Assembly (NCBI GenBank): GCA_024679065.1
Contig: JAGIQG010000009.1
Coordinates: forward strand, 81,034,001-81,098,000
DNA: 64,000 nt
Direction: 5' to 3'
Source of the DNA: Sphyrna mokarran
Taxonomy: Eukaryota
Shown: in pieces, positions 38,509 through 51,187 of the stretch
Position numbering within the stretch: position 1 is the stretch's first letter
Layout: every line of letters begins with the position of its first letter
Position numbers and translations under genes: made by a program
The notes under the pieces: generated by a model
Databases searched by the model: none
What the model saw: only the letters and a program-made list of their open reading frames with translations
What the model was told of the DNA's origin: nothing

Positions 38509-39372
38509 TAGAACATAGAACATTACAGCACAGAACAGGCCCTTCGGCCTTCGATGTTGCGCCGACCAATATAAAAAGCAATGCCCCTCCAAACTAAACC
38601 ATTTCCCTTCTCTTCCATATACTTATCAACTAACCTCTTAAACGCCACCAAACTTGGCGCATCTACAACTGCTGCAGGCAGGGCATTCCACTCCCGAACC
38701 ACCCTTTGGGTAAAGAACCTTCCTCTGATATCCGTCCTATAACTATCACCCCTTAATTTAAAGCTGTGTCCCCTCGTGCTAGCTTTTTTCCATCCTAGGA
38801 AAAAGGCTATCACTGTCCACCCTATCTAAACCTCTAATCATCTTATATGTTTCGATAAGGTCCCCTCTTAGCCGCCTCCTTTCTAACGAAAACAACCTCA
38901 AATCCCTCAGCTTCTCTTCATAAGACCTGCCCTCCATACCAGGCAACATCCTGGTAAACCTCCTCTGTACCCTCTCCAAAGCCTCCACATCTTTCTTATA
39001 ATGCGGGACCAGAACTGCACACAATACTCCAAGTGCGGCCGCACTAGAGTTTTGTACAGTTGCAACATGACGTTGCGGCTCCGAAATTCAATCCCTCTAC
39101 CAATAAAAGCCAAGACTCCATATGCCTTCCTAACAACCTTCTCGACCGGACTGCCTACTTTCAGGGATCTATGCACATACACACCAAGATCCCTCTGTTC
39201 ATCTAGACTACTAAGAATCCTACCATTTGCCCTATACTCTACACATTTATTATTTCTGCCATAGTGCATTACCTCACACCTTTCCACATTAAACTCCATT
39301 TGCCACCTCTCGGCCCAGCTCTGCAACTTGTCTAAGTCCCTCTGCAAACTATAACACCCCTCTTCACTATCT
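38509..39372 (-). mobile_element. CR1 3' fragment (same young family)
   Basis: RT C-terminal ORFs within 38523-39482; tail at 38509. Confidence 0.9.
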
Positions 39373-40562
39373 TCATTTATCTTGTCCACTGCCCTTTCTG
39401 TTGGCTTGGCTGGGATGTTTACATAATGCAAGGAATGTTGCATTCCAGGGGTTTGATGCGTTAGCCTTTGTCCGCTCTTCAACTGCTCAGAAACTTCCAG
39501 AAAAAACAGTTAGCGGCGGCCATTTTATCAGGCCAGCCACTTATCTGCTTTTCAAAAATATAGAATTTAAACAAGAGACTAAAGAAGACAAACAAATTTC
39601 TTTTAGGTCTTCTGCCTTCTCAGCAGGATAATATGTACTTTGGGAATGGTGTTTAGTTTTATTTCGTGCACTTTGATTTCTTGCAGCAGGAGAGCTATGA
39701 ATTACCTCTTGACAACACTTGTAGTATTTAAGTTTAGGGAATTATCATTGAAGGGTGCAGGCTACACTGAAGTGGCAGCACGGGGCCTCGTTTGCTGAAT
39801 AGCTCAACTCAAAACCCCCCCTGTCACAGGACTGAGACTTCAGTTCTTTGAATTGCTTTAATTACACTACTACCTCACAGCGTCAGGAACCTGGATTCAA
39901 TTCTGGCTCTGGATCACCGTCTATGTAGAGTTTGCACGTTCTCCTCATGTCTGCATGGGTTTCCCCCGTGTGCTCTGCTTTCCTCCCACAATCCAGAGAT
40001 GAGTGGGTTAGGTTGATTGGCTGTGCTAAATTGACCCTCGGGTCAGGGGAATTAGCAGGGTAAATATGGGGATAGGGTTGGGTGGGATTGTGGTCAGTGC
40101 AGATTGGATGGGCCAAATGGCTTCCTGCACTCTAGGGATTCTCTGCTTATTGTGTTTTTATCTGCGGTTTATTGTTGAATAATAGCGCTTTATCTCAGAA
40201 TGTGATTTTGTTGTATTGGAATGGCAGCAAGGAGGAACCTTTCTTACAAAACAGTAGAATACTACCACCTACCTGACAGAGGTCCATCCAAGCGGCATGA
40301 TACTTTTTTGTGACAAATTGCACATTTACTGATTCAATACTGATTACTGAGTCATGATGGAATCCTATTGCAGTGGCAAGTGTTCTGACAGCGGGACAGG
40401 AAATATCCCACAAGGAGGTTGGTTACACACATTCACAGATGTATTTTATGTATTCCAGCCAGTTAGCTATGTGCGGCCTGCTGTGTGTGGCAGAAGTGGA
40501 CAGGTTTTCACCTGCCTAGCCGTTTCCTCATTTTCGAACGTCCAGGGCACTATATTTGAATG

Positions 40563-40781
40563 ATGTAGAGATGCCAGCGTTGGACTGGGGTAAACTCAGT
40601 AAAGTCTAGCAACACCAATTTTAAATCCAATCGATTTATTTGATAGTAAATCTGCGAGCTTTCGGCCTTTGTGGCCTTCGTTAGGCCATTCGCCTGACAA
40701 AGGCCACAAAGGCCGAAAGCTCGCAGATTTACTATCAAATAAGTCGGTTGGATTTAAAATTGGTGTTGCCAGACTTTACTG
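40563..40781. mobile_element. Miniature Penelope-like hairpin element
   Basis: Inverted arms with HHR-like cores; 14-bp TSD ACTATATTTGAATG (40549-40562, 40782-40795). Confidence 0.8.
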
Positions 40782-40916
40782 ACTATATTTGAATGCCAGG
40801 CATCTGCTCCTCTGGCCTATCTGAGAGGAGCGTTTTGAATTTAAACTACTGCTACCCCTTCCCCAGCTGACATCCTCTGATTTCTGGAATTCCAGCCAAG
40901 AACTGCACACCCACTA

Positions 40917-40945
<29 letters not shown>
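40917..40945. repeat. Poly-C run (~29 nt)
   Basis: Direct reading. Confidence 0.9.
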
Positions 40946-40947
<2 letters not shown>

Positions 40948-43118
40948 CAACACCCACCCCTCCTTTCCCTCACCATCCCAACCTCCTCTGTCACCTTTGA
41001 CCTCTCTGCTTACGAAGCCAGCCTCAGTGGTGGCATTTATCAACGGTTGTACAAACCCATCTGATTCACTGATGTCCTTCAGGAAAGGAAATCTGCCATC
41101 CTTACCTGGTCTGGCCTACATGTGACTGCAGACCATAACAATGTCGTTGACTGTGGATGGCTCTCAAGGGCAATAAGGGATGAGCAACAGAACTTGCCAG
41201 TGACACCCACATTCTGGAAATTAAAGAAAATAAATCTCTCTGGAAGTTACTTGAATGATCTAAGGTTGCCTCCAGCAGTGAGAGACCCATAAAAGATAAT
41301 GAAATAAGAGAGATGTTTTCAAAGATTTCTGCAGCATTTGCTAACAAGGGAAACTTGCTTCATAGGTCCTCAGTAGATATGGTACAGTTTTGATCTGTGG
41401 GTCCAAGGTATATTGTTCTGCACAGTTTGGTTAGAATGGTAAGGAGGCTTCTATCTGCCATATTCTGGGGAGGTGGAACTGGGTTGGTATCGGGTTTGCT
41501 GCATCTAGGGGTAGACCAGATGCGATAGAGATGGATGATTAACAATGTAAGCAGACAAGAAAACCTACCTTCGTTTACTGAGACATCAATCCAGTTGTAA
41601 CAAGGAATGCCAGCCACTCGGCCCTCACCTCCACCCTTCCCCCCCCATTCCTGCCAGGTCCCTTCACAATCCCTACTGCTCCTCACACCCAAGGTTTGGA
41701 TTTTATTTTTGTAGGTGTTGTAGGCTTTAGTGTGCTTAGTTGAATTGTCCGATCTATGTTAGCACGTTTGCCCTCGGTTACTGACCACAACTTCAGGATT
41801 ACAATCGTGGGCAGGTTGCCATGGAAATCTGAGAGCTAAAATCCTGTCCTTTTGGTTTTCAGAGGTGGACCAACATGTGGTAAACCACCCCCCTCCCCCC
41901 CACCACACCTCCCCCCCCTCCCCTCGCTACAACCCCCACCCCCCTTCAACTCCACAAACCACTCCACCAGCATCCCCTGAGATCTAACACTGATTGAAAG
42001 CAGTCAGAGCCTCAACATTCCCGATCCCACACTGTTGTTAGAAATTTCTTAAATGAGTACACCCTGTACAATCGAGTATAGCTAGGTTTTTAATGGCAAT
42101 ACGATTCATTCTTAATGCACAACAGAACTCATCTTAAAAGATGTCACAATTTTGCTGTATCATTTGACAATTGCTCCATTAAACTGATTTTTTTTTTCTG
42201 AATTTTGTGAACAGGAAGTTGTTTCAGAATATTTTAGCTTCTATCTTCACACTCTATGTGTATCCCAATGTTTTACTTCCATCGATTTAAATAGTTTTCA
42301 GGGGATCATTCTATTGTTGTTTTGTTTCCTCTTTTTGTGTCAGACCTGATTTGGTTGACAATGCTGACCGAATAGAATGCAGAAGGAGTCCCTTTGGCCC
42401 ATCGAGTCTGCATTGACCCTTTGAAAGAGCATCTCATCCAGTACCACTGCCCCAGCACAGATCCCCATCTCCGTTATACTGCGCAATTAGCATGGCCAGT
42501 CCATTTAACCTGCATATCTTTGGAGTGTACGAGGAACGCTGCAAAGACATGGGGAGAACATACAAAGTCCACACAGACAGTGACCAAAGGTCAGAATTGA
42601 ACCTGGGTCCCTAGCACTGTAAGGCAGTAGTGCTAACCACTGTGTCACCAATCAATGTTCTAGTCTCAATTTCCATGCAAAGGCCAAAGTGCAAAAATCA
42701 ATGCTAGTGTTGGAGCTGCACTGTTGGAGGTGTTTTGAATGCAAGACTGTGGGATGGAGAATTGTGATTGTGATGGTTTAATCCCAGCAACTTTCAGTTT
42801 CTTTTTTATTTTCAATCTGGTCACTCGAGAGATTCCAGATCAAAGTAATTATTTTCAAATGATTGGATTCAAAGCCAATGATCAATCTTCTGCTGATGTG
42901 TCATTGATTGGTTGCTTGGAGTGTCAATCAGGACAATCACTTGGTGAAATGCAGCCAATCAGCTGATGGGGAGGTGGGACATTTCCAAAGCACTCACCAG
43001 ACATATACTGAATATTCTTAATGTTTATTACCTTTTACACATTGACATTGACAGAAAAAAGACTTGAACAAACAGCCCAGTCAGAGGAAGCTGGAGAAAT
43101 TCACAGGGAGAATGGAGG

Positions 43119-43124
43119 TTTATT
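43119..43124 (-). terminator. Probable polyadenylation signal of the Ig light chain transcript
   Basis: AATAAA on the minus strand ~500 nt after the C stop, followed by a GU/U-rich tract. Confidence 0.6.
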
Positions 43125-43622
43125 AAAACACTTGTGGAGATTTTCTCATGAACATGAAAATCCTGTCCCTTCAAACAGTGACTAAAGCTTCAATTGTAAC
43201 TGCAGGGTGAGCAGGAGGTCTGGTTTACTGCAGCAGATACTTCACAGAGTCACATTATTTTTGTACAACTGACAATCTTCAGCATCTTTGAGAGGTTTTA
43301 CTTGTTGTTAGGTGTCTGCACTGCCTCCATTACACTCTCCCAGGACAGGAACAGCACTAGGTTAGACACAGAATAAAGCTCTCTCTACACTGTCCCCATC
43401 AAATACTTCCCAGCGCAGGAACACTATGGGGATAGATATAGACTAAAACTCCCTTTACACTATCCCAATAATGTACTTTAACCCCTGATACTCAGAAGTG
43501 TCTCAGACCCAGTCCAGAGAAGGAAGAGGGTTGTAATTCAATGCTGACAGTGATTTTTGTCCCCCCAGCTCACCCCTGTTCTATTCCAAGTTGTGTCTCC
43601 TCTGTGGACTGTCTCTAACACT

Positions 43623-43951
43623 CTAGGCACATTCTGAACTCCTGATGCTCTTGCTGAGGGGAGAGGAGAGGCTCACGTGGGTGAGGGCACAGGAGAAGCG
43701 AGCGTTGCACTCCCAGTCGGAGCCAGAGAGGGTCAGCAGGCTGCTGACGCTGTAGGTGTTGTCCGAAGCTCGCAGGTAGTTGCTGGTCTGAATCCCGTTG
43801 GAAATGGCTGCACCGTCCTTCTTCCACTTCACCTCCACCTCATCGGGATAGAAGTGATTGGCAAGGCACACCAGGGTGGCAGTGCCCTTGGTCTTGACCT
43901 CCTCCGGGGAGGGGGGCAGCAGGGTCAGCGTGGGTTGTGAATTCTCACGAG
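43623..43951 (-). CDS. IGKC: Ig light chain constant exon (kappa/NS4-like)
   Basis: (T)RENSQPTLTLLPPSPEEVKTKGTATLVCLANHFYP..VKWKKDG..YSVSSLLTLS..FSCALTH..RSSECA*; acceptor tctctttcAG. Confidence 0.95.
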
Positions 43952-46900
43952 CTGAAAGAGAAGAGAAGGAATTTTAATCACTGCCATTTTCAGCCTTTCA
44001 ACAACCCGAATATTAACTGGGATCAAATCAGTGTCAATGATTTGATGTTGCAGAATTCTGAAAATCCATTCGAGGGGAACGTTTTTAACCAGTACGGAGC
44101 AATCCCAACAAGAGAAGGGTCAGTTTTAGAGAATGAAACTCAGCATGTGGAAGGTGTATCAGTGAGAGAGCATTTGGGTAATAATGATCATAATAGATTT
44201 AGAGTAGCTACGGAAAAGGGGAAAGATCGATCAAGAGTAAACGTTTTAAATGGGAAAAGGCCAATTTCACTAAACTGGAATTTGCCAAAATGGAAAGGAA
44301 ACAGTGACTTGAAGGTAAATCAGTGTCAGAGCAGTGGGAGGATATTCGAGCTGGAGATAGAGTTCAGGACATATATGTTCATCAAGCAATAGTGTGGGAC
44401 ATTGCAAAGAGAATAACTAAGGATTAAATAGGGCTGATTAGAGAGCAAAAAGGTAACTTGTGTGTGGAAGGACAAAGTTGACATTGTGGTTCAGGAGAGG
44501 AGGGATTGTGAAATAATTAATGGGATAATGATGGTGAGCGAGGAGATATTAATGTGTTTATCACCATTTAAAATGGAGAAATTCCCAGGGCCGGGTGAAA
44601 TGTATCCCAGGATGTGAAGGGAAGAACAGGAAGAAATAACAGAGACTCTGACCATTATTTTCCAATCCTCTCTGAGTACAGGTGTGGTATGGGTGGACTG
44701 GAGGATAGATCACGCTTTTTAAAACTAAAAGCTGATGGAACCCAAGGGAAAGTGGCACATTTGAATTCAAATTAGTTCCGTGTCTGAAGGTAAAGGTTTG
44801 ATTTGAAGCTGGTTAAATCATTTTGCAATCTTACTGAAACTGTAAAGAAGATTATTGCAAATTCAGCACTGAAATGGTTAATTTTGAGAGTATTTAAAGA
44901 CACAGTGTCCCTTTAAGAGACTGTTAACCAATCAGGAAGCTGGAACTATTGCTCAGTGTGTCTGGGGGAAACAAGTTGAGCTTCAAGAAACCTCAGATCA
45001 CACACAGATCAGGAGAATTTTATCCCAGAACATTGGAGCAGACTTGGATCAACACACTTCACACAGGATTCCCATTGGCTGGTGTAGAAACTTTGAGATT
45101 TCATTGCAAACCTTACTGTCCAGCACTGGGCTGAGGTCAAGGGTGAGGCTAGAATTAGTCTCAGTGTCCAGGGGTCAGACAGGGTCACTGCTCCGAATGA
45201 CCCCATGAACTCTGGAGGGTATGAGTATGTGGAGAATGGGTGAGAATCTTCAATCTCAAAGACAGAATTACATTTCTATAGCACCTGTCACCACCTCAGA
45301 ATGTCCTAATGTGTTTTACAGCTCATTGCGCACAGCCAGATCCCAGGGAACAGAGTGAAAAAGAACAGATAAGCAGATTTGTAGTGATGTTGATTGAGGG
45401 ATGAATATTGACCAGTTCACCGGGGTGAACTCCCCTGCTCTTCTTCCAATAGGGCCATGGGATCTTTCACACCCTCTGAGAGGGCAGATATCTGATTGTC
45501 TCATCTGAAAGATGGGAGGCCTGTAGTTTAAGGGGGGATATGACAGGTGCTGGCCCTTTCCCCATGAAGATTTTGGAAGTGGATGGGGAAAGTAGGAAGT
45601 GAACTAGAGAAACATCTTTGTTGCTACTGAAACTCTTGCTATCTGCTCAGTCACATCTAATAAACACACAGACACATCATAGAACATAGAACATAGAACA
45701 TCAGACAAACATCAGTCTGTTTCTGTGGATTCTCTGCTGCTTTCAGTTCAATGAAGAGTGCAGGAGGACATGCCAGGAGCAACAACAGACAGACTTAAAA
45801 ATGAGGTGTTAACCTGGTGAAGCTACAACAGAGACTGTGTGCCAAACAGCAGAAGCAGCAAGTGATAGACAGAGTTAAACCATCCCACAACCTATGGATC
45901 AAATCTAAGCTCTGCAGTCCTGCCACATCCAGCCGTGAATGGTGGTGGACAATTAAACAACTCACTGGAGGAGGCACCACAAATATTCCCATCTTCAATG
46001 ATGGAAAAACCCAGCACATCAGGAGAAAAGATAAGGCTGAAGTATTTGCAGGAATCTTCAGCCAGAAGTTCTTAGTGTATGATCCATCTTGACCTTCCCC
46101 GGAGGTCCTGAAGACTTGTACTCCAGAACTTCCCGTGTCCGTAACCAAGCTGTTCCAGTACATCTACAACACTGGCATCAACACAACATTGTAACAAATT
46201 ACCCGATTATGAACTGCACAAAAAACAGGATAAATCCAAACCACACAATACCCACCCCATCAGTCTACTCTCGATCATCAGCAATGTGATCTGAACATAT
46301 CCAGAGCGATACCAAGCAGCACTTACTCAGCAATAATCTGCTCACTGACACTCAGTTTGTGTTCACCAGGATCACTCAACTCCTGACCTCATTACAGTCT
46401 TGGTTCAAACATGGACAAAAGAGCTGAACTCCAGAGGTGAGGTGAGAGAGACAGTCCTTAACATCAAGGTAGCATTTCAGCAAGTGTGGCATCAAGGAGC
46501 CCTCACAAAACTGGAGCCAATGGGAAAACACTCCACTGGTTGGAGTTGTACCCGGCACAAAGGAAGATGGTTGTTGTTTGGAGTTTAACTCTACAATCTA
46601 TATTAATGAGCTGAATGAAGGGAATGAGAGGAATGTCACTAAACTTGCTGATGATAAAATGAAAAATAGAAATGCATGTTGTGAGGAGGATCCAGAGTCT
46701 GAAAAGGGATAGAGATCGGTTCAGTGAGTGGGGAAACATCGACAGATGGGGAATAATGTGGGAAAATGTGAAGTTGTCCACTTTGGCAGGAGAATAGAGC
46801 AGGGTACTAGTAAACTGGGGAAATTTTATCGAGTGATCTGGGTGTCTTTGCATCCAGGAACAGCAAAAAATTAAGAAGGCGAATGGAATGTTGCTCTTCA

Positions 46901-48873
46901 TTCCAATGAGGATGAGTATAAAAGGAGGGATGTTTTGCTACAGTACATTGGGAAAATCACACTGAGAATATTGTGGATACTTAGGGTCTCCTTACTTAAG
47001 GAAAGAGTTCAGAGATGGTTCACTGGGCTGATTCCACCGAGTAAGGGATTGTCTTATGAGAAAAGCTTGAGCAGGTTGGGCCGATACTCATTGGAGTAGA
47101 ACTTATTCCATCACCTCAGCACCATCTTCACCAGGGCAATTAGGGATGGGTGATAAATACTGGTCTGCAGAGAATCACAGGAAATAGGAACAGGAATAGG
47201 CCATTTGGCCCTTTGAGCCTGTTCCACTATTCATCATGGTCATGGCTGATCATCCAATCAGTAGCCAGATCCTGCCTTCTCCAACAAATCCTTTCATCCT
47301 ATTCACCCCAAGAGATAAATCTAACTCCTTCTTGGAAATGTACAATATTTTGTCCTCAACTGCTTTCTGTGATAGTGAATTCCACAGGTTTACCCCTCTC
47401 TGGGTGAAGGAATTTCTCTTCACCTCAGTCCTAAAAGGTTTATCCCATATTCTCAGACTGTGATGCCTCAAACTGGACGCTACCAGCATTCGGAACATAC
47501 TTCCTGTATTTATCCTGACTGGTCCTATTGGAATTTTATAAGTTTATATGTGAACCTCTTCATTCTTCTGGACTGCAGTGGGAGCAGCACAGTGACACAG
47601 TGGTTGGCACTGCTGCCTCACAGTGCCAGAGACCCAGGTTCAATTTCCAGCTTGGCTCACTGTCTGTAAGGAGTTTGCACATTCTCCCCATGTCTGTGTG
47701 GATTTCCTCCCACAATCCAAAAGTTGTGCAGGTTAGGTGAATTGGCCAAGTTAAATTCTCCCTCAGAATACTTGAAGAGGCGTGGGAATGTGGCCACGTG
47801 GGGATTTTCACAGTGACTTCATTGCAGTGCGAATGTATGTCGACTTGTGGCTAATAAGTAAACTTTAAAAAAAATCTTAACCAATGCAATCTCTCCTCCT
47901 ACATCAAATCCACTATCGCATAAATCATTCCAACAAACATTTGCTGCACTTCTTCTGTCGCAAAAACACCTTCCTCAGATAAGGAGATAAAACTGTACAC
48001 ATTATTCCCAGTGTGGTCTCACCAAGGCCCTGTATAACTGCAGAAAGCCAGAATTACAAGGGACAGGGATAGGGGAGATATGAGGAAACTTTTCCCCTTA
48101 ATCACAGCGGCAGCAGATTCTGAGGGAATTGAGGGAAATCTTTTCACCCAGAGGGTGCTGGGAATCTGGAACTCACTGCCTGAAAGGATGGCGGAGGTGG
48201 GAACCTTCACAACATTTAAGAAGCATTTAGATGAGCACTTGAAATTCCAAAGCAAACAAAGCAACGGACCAAATGCTGGAAAATGGGATTAGAATCGATA
48301 GATGCTTAATGGCCGGCACAGACATGGACAGTGGAATCTCTAAAGTGCAGACGGAGACCATTCGGCCCATCGAGTCTGCATCAACTCTTGCCCCATAAAC
48401 CCCATGTATTTACCTCACTATTCCCCCTAACCTGTTTGAATTTTATAAGTCTCCATGAGTTGTTTCCTCATTCCTCTGAACTCCAGTGAATATAAGTCTT
48501 AACCACTCAATCTCTCCTCGTACATCTATCCCGTTATAACAGGAATCAGTCTGGGATACATTCTCTGCATTCCCTGTAGAGCAAAAATATCCTTCCTGAG
48601 ATAGGGAGACAAAACTGTGTACAATATTCCCAGTGCTGCCTCACCAAAGCCCTGTATAACTGCAGCAGGTCCGAATTATGAAGACATAGAGCAGATACAA
48701 AGGAACTTTTCCCCTGTTAGCAGTAGATTCAAAAACCAGGGAGCATAGATTTAATTGCAAAAGCGGAAGATTTTGAGGGATTGGAGGAAAAACCTTTTCA
48801 CTCAGAGAGTGTTGGGAATCTGGAACTCACTGCCTGGAAGGGTGGTGGAGGCAGGAACCCTCACAACATTTCA

Positions 48874-49340
48874 AAGAACAAGGAACAAAACAGCATGGGA
48901 AACAGGCCCTTCGGCCCAACGAGCCCGCGCCGCCACCCCGATGTTCCCACCTCTACCCGTGATCCCTGTCTATGTTTATAGATCTATGGATTAAAAACCA
49001 AATTTGAGACAATTTAGGGAGAATTTGTTTTGCCAATTAGCCTAAGAGCACATCTTTGGGATGTGGGAGGAAACCGGAGCACCCGGAGAAAACCCATGCA
49101 AGCACGGGGAGAATGCGCAAACTCCCACAGACACAGGTCCAAATCCATGTATCAGCACAGCACAGCGATAGTCACTGAGCTGTCATGTTGATAATCAAAT
49201 AGTCCAGGTCAAGTGTACACTAACGACGTGAAGCACTAGGATACTCTCGAAAAAAATTCAAGAGCAGCCCTCTCACGACCCATCGCGTGTATGCCCCTTG
49301 TCAGACAACAAGGTGGACCAAAGCATCTGTAGGATAAAAA
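48874..49340 (-). mobile_element. Third copy (3' UTR only) of the long-3'UTR CR1 subfamily
   Basis: Colinear with 25957-26410; interrupts an older CR1 3' end (48690-48873 and 49405-49555). Confidence 0.85.
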
Positions 49341-50900
49341 CCCATGCTTTGCCAAGTGAGAAATAATTCCATCCTTGACAATGGCCTCCTGAGGTTTTCC
49401 TGCCTTTCAGAAGCATTTAGATGAGAATTTGAAATTCCAAAGCATACAAGGCTCCGGATCAAGTGCTGGAAAATGTGATTAGAATAGTTAGGAGCTTGAT
49501 GGCCAGCAGAGACAGGATGGGCTGAAGGGGTTCTTTCTGTGCTGTAAATTCCTATGGCACTCTGACTGAGCTAAAATGGCCGAGAATGTAACATTGCCAT
49601 TTTCTGGAAAATTCTGATGTGCATAGAACATAGAACATTACAGCACAGTACAGGCCCTTGATATTGTGCTGACCAGTGTAACCAATGTAATGACCCTCTA
49701 ACCTAAACTATTCCAATATTACTCATCTGCCTATCCAATGTCCATTTGAATGCTCTTAAAGTTGGCGAGTCCACAACTGCTAAGGCAGAGCATTCCAGGC
49801 CCTTATTGCCCTCTGAGTAATTGCAAAAATCTGCAGGTTAGATGGATTGGCCATGCTAAATTGCCCCTAGTGTGTTCTTTAGGTGGGTTAGCAATGGTAA
49901 GTGTGCAGGGTTACAGGGAGCCTGGGTAAGAAGCTCTTTTGGAGAATCGGGTGAAAAGATTTCCCTCACGTCTCTCAAAATCTGCTGCCTCTGTGATTAA
50001 CGAGAAAAGTTTCCTCATATCTACCCTATCTCTGTCTCTCATAATTCTGTCGATGGACTGAATAGCCTCTTACTGCACGGTACGGATTCAGTGGCTAATA
50101 AAAAACTACACGGACTGTGTAAGATTTCCAAGGGTGAAGGGATCCATTTTAAATGAACCCTGTTGTGACCAATCGAGGGCGGGATTCCAGCTGATTATTC
50201 CTCACCCAGAGGAAAACAAAATTGGGATCCTGTTGAGGAAGTTAACAAATGAGGGACCCTGTCTGAGGACTGGTCACAACATGTACACAGCAAGATCCCA
50301 CACACAGCAATGAGAACAATCAGCATTTCCAGTGATGTTGGATCCGGGATAAATATCGGATTGAAGTCATCCCAAAGAGAAAGTAACAAAAGACTGGAAC
50401 ACTGAAGCCACTGGATTGTGAGCCCTGCTGTGGCTGTCTGTCATCAGAACTTCAGCAAGAGATAAGCAGGGAGTGGAGAGAGCAGAGTGAAAGCTGGGGT
50501 AGGTGGCACCTCGGTGTCTCACTGTGCTGCTGCTGTGATCAGTTATATCAGAGAGTGAGACAGAGAGTTCAACTTCACATCAAACTCTGCCTGTGTGTGT
50601 CACACTGAGACCGACAGGAGTCTAGAGAGTGATTTCACTCCATGCTGCAGGAATGTGAACACAGTCTGCAAACGTCCAGATCTCCTCCACACGGTGGGTA
50701 AAAGCTGCTTACTGAAATCTTGCTGTTTAAAGAGGGAATGGAAGGAAAGAAATACAGCTGGACTCCCTGTTCTACACAATGTTCTTCAATCAACCATTTC
50801 ATTGACTGCAACTTCCTCACTAACACCTTCAACTATTCAGTATTTGTGTTTGAGGAAGTTTCAGCATTGAAAGGGTTAATAACGGAGGATTGGGCTTTAC

Positions 50901-50935
50901 TTAGTCTGAGTTTGGTTCCTTTAGCAAACGTAAGG
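50901..50935 (-). CDS. IGKJ: Ig light chain J segment
   Basis: LTFAKGTKLRL followed by an A|GTAAAG donor; phase 1 matches the C exon. Confidence 0.9.
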
Positions 50936-50974
50936 CACACTGACAGCTTCCAGTGCAGGAGCTGAACAAAAACC
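50936..50974 (+). other. J recombination signal sequence, 23-bp spacer
   Basis: CACACTG (1 mismatch) at 50936-50942, 23-nt spacer, ACAAAAACC at 50966-50974, facing the V RSS (deletional joining). Confidence 0.94.
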
Positions 50975-51187
50975 TCTGTCTCTGGCTCACTGACTCGCTC
51001 ATCTCTTTCACTCTCACTCTTTCTCTCTCCCTGTTTCTCCCTCTCTGTTTCTCTCAGTATCCCTGTGTATTATTGGGAGTGTTGAGAATTCTAATGTGAG
51101 ATGATAAATCTTTCAGCTGCTCTTCACATGTGAACATGGAGAATAAGGGAGAAACACGAGGCCTTCAGTGAGCATTGGACACCACAG

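Noticed and set aside
43937-44760. 151-aa ORF antisense to the J-C intron
   Set aside because: Decayed CR1 endonuclease-region remnant (NINWD, PTREGSVL, HLGNNDHN).
44901-44907. Isolated heptamer in the J-C intron (kappa-deleting-element-like intron RSS)
   Set aside because: The 7-mer is frequent in this window (SINE heads) and I found no downstream partner RSS.
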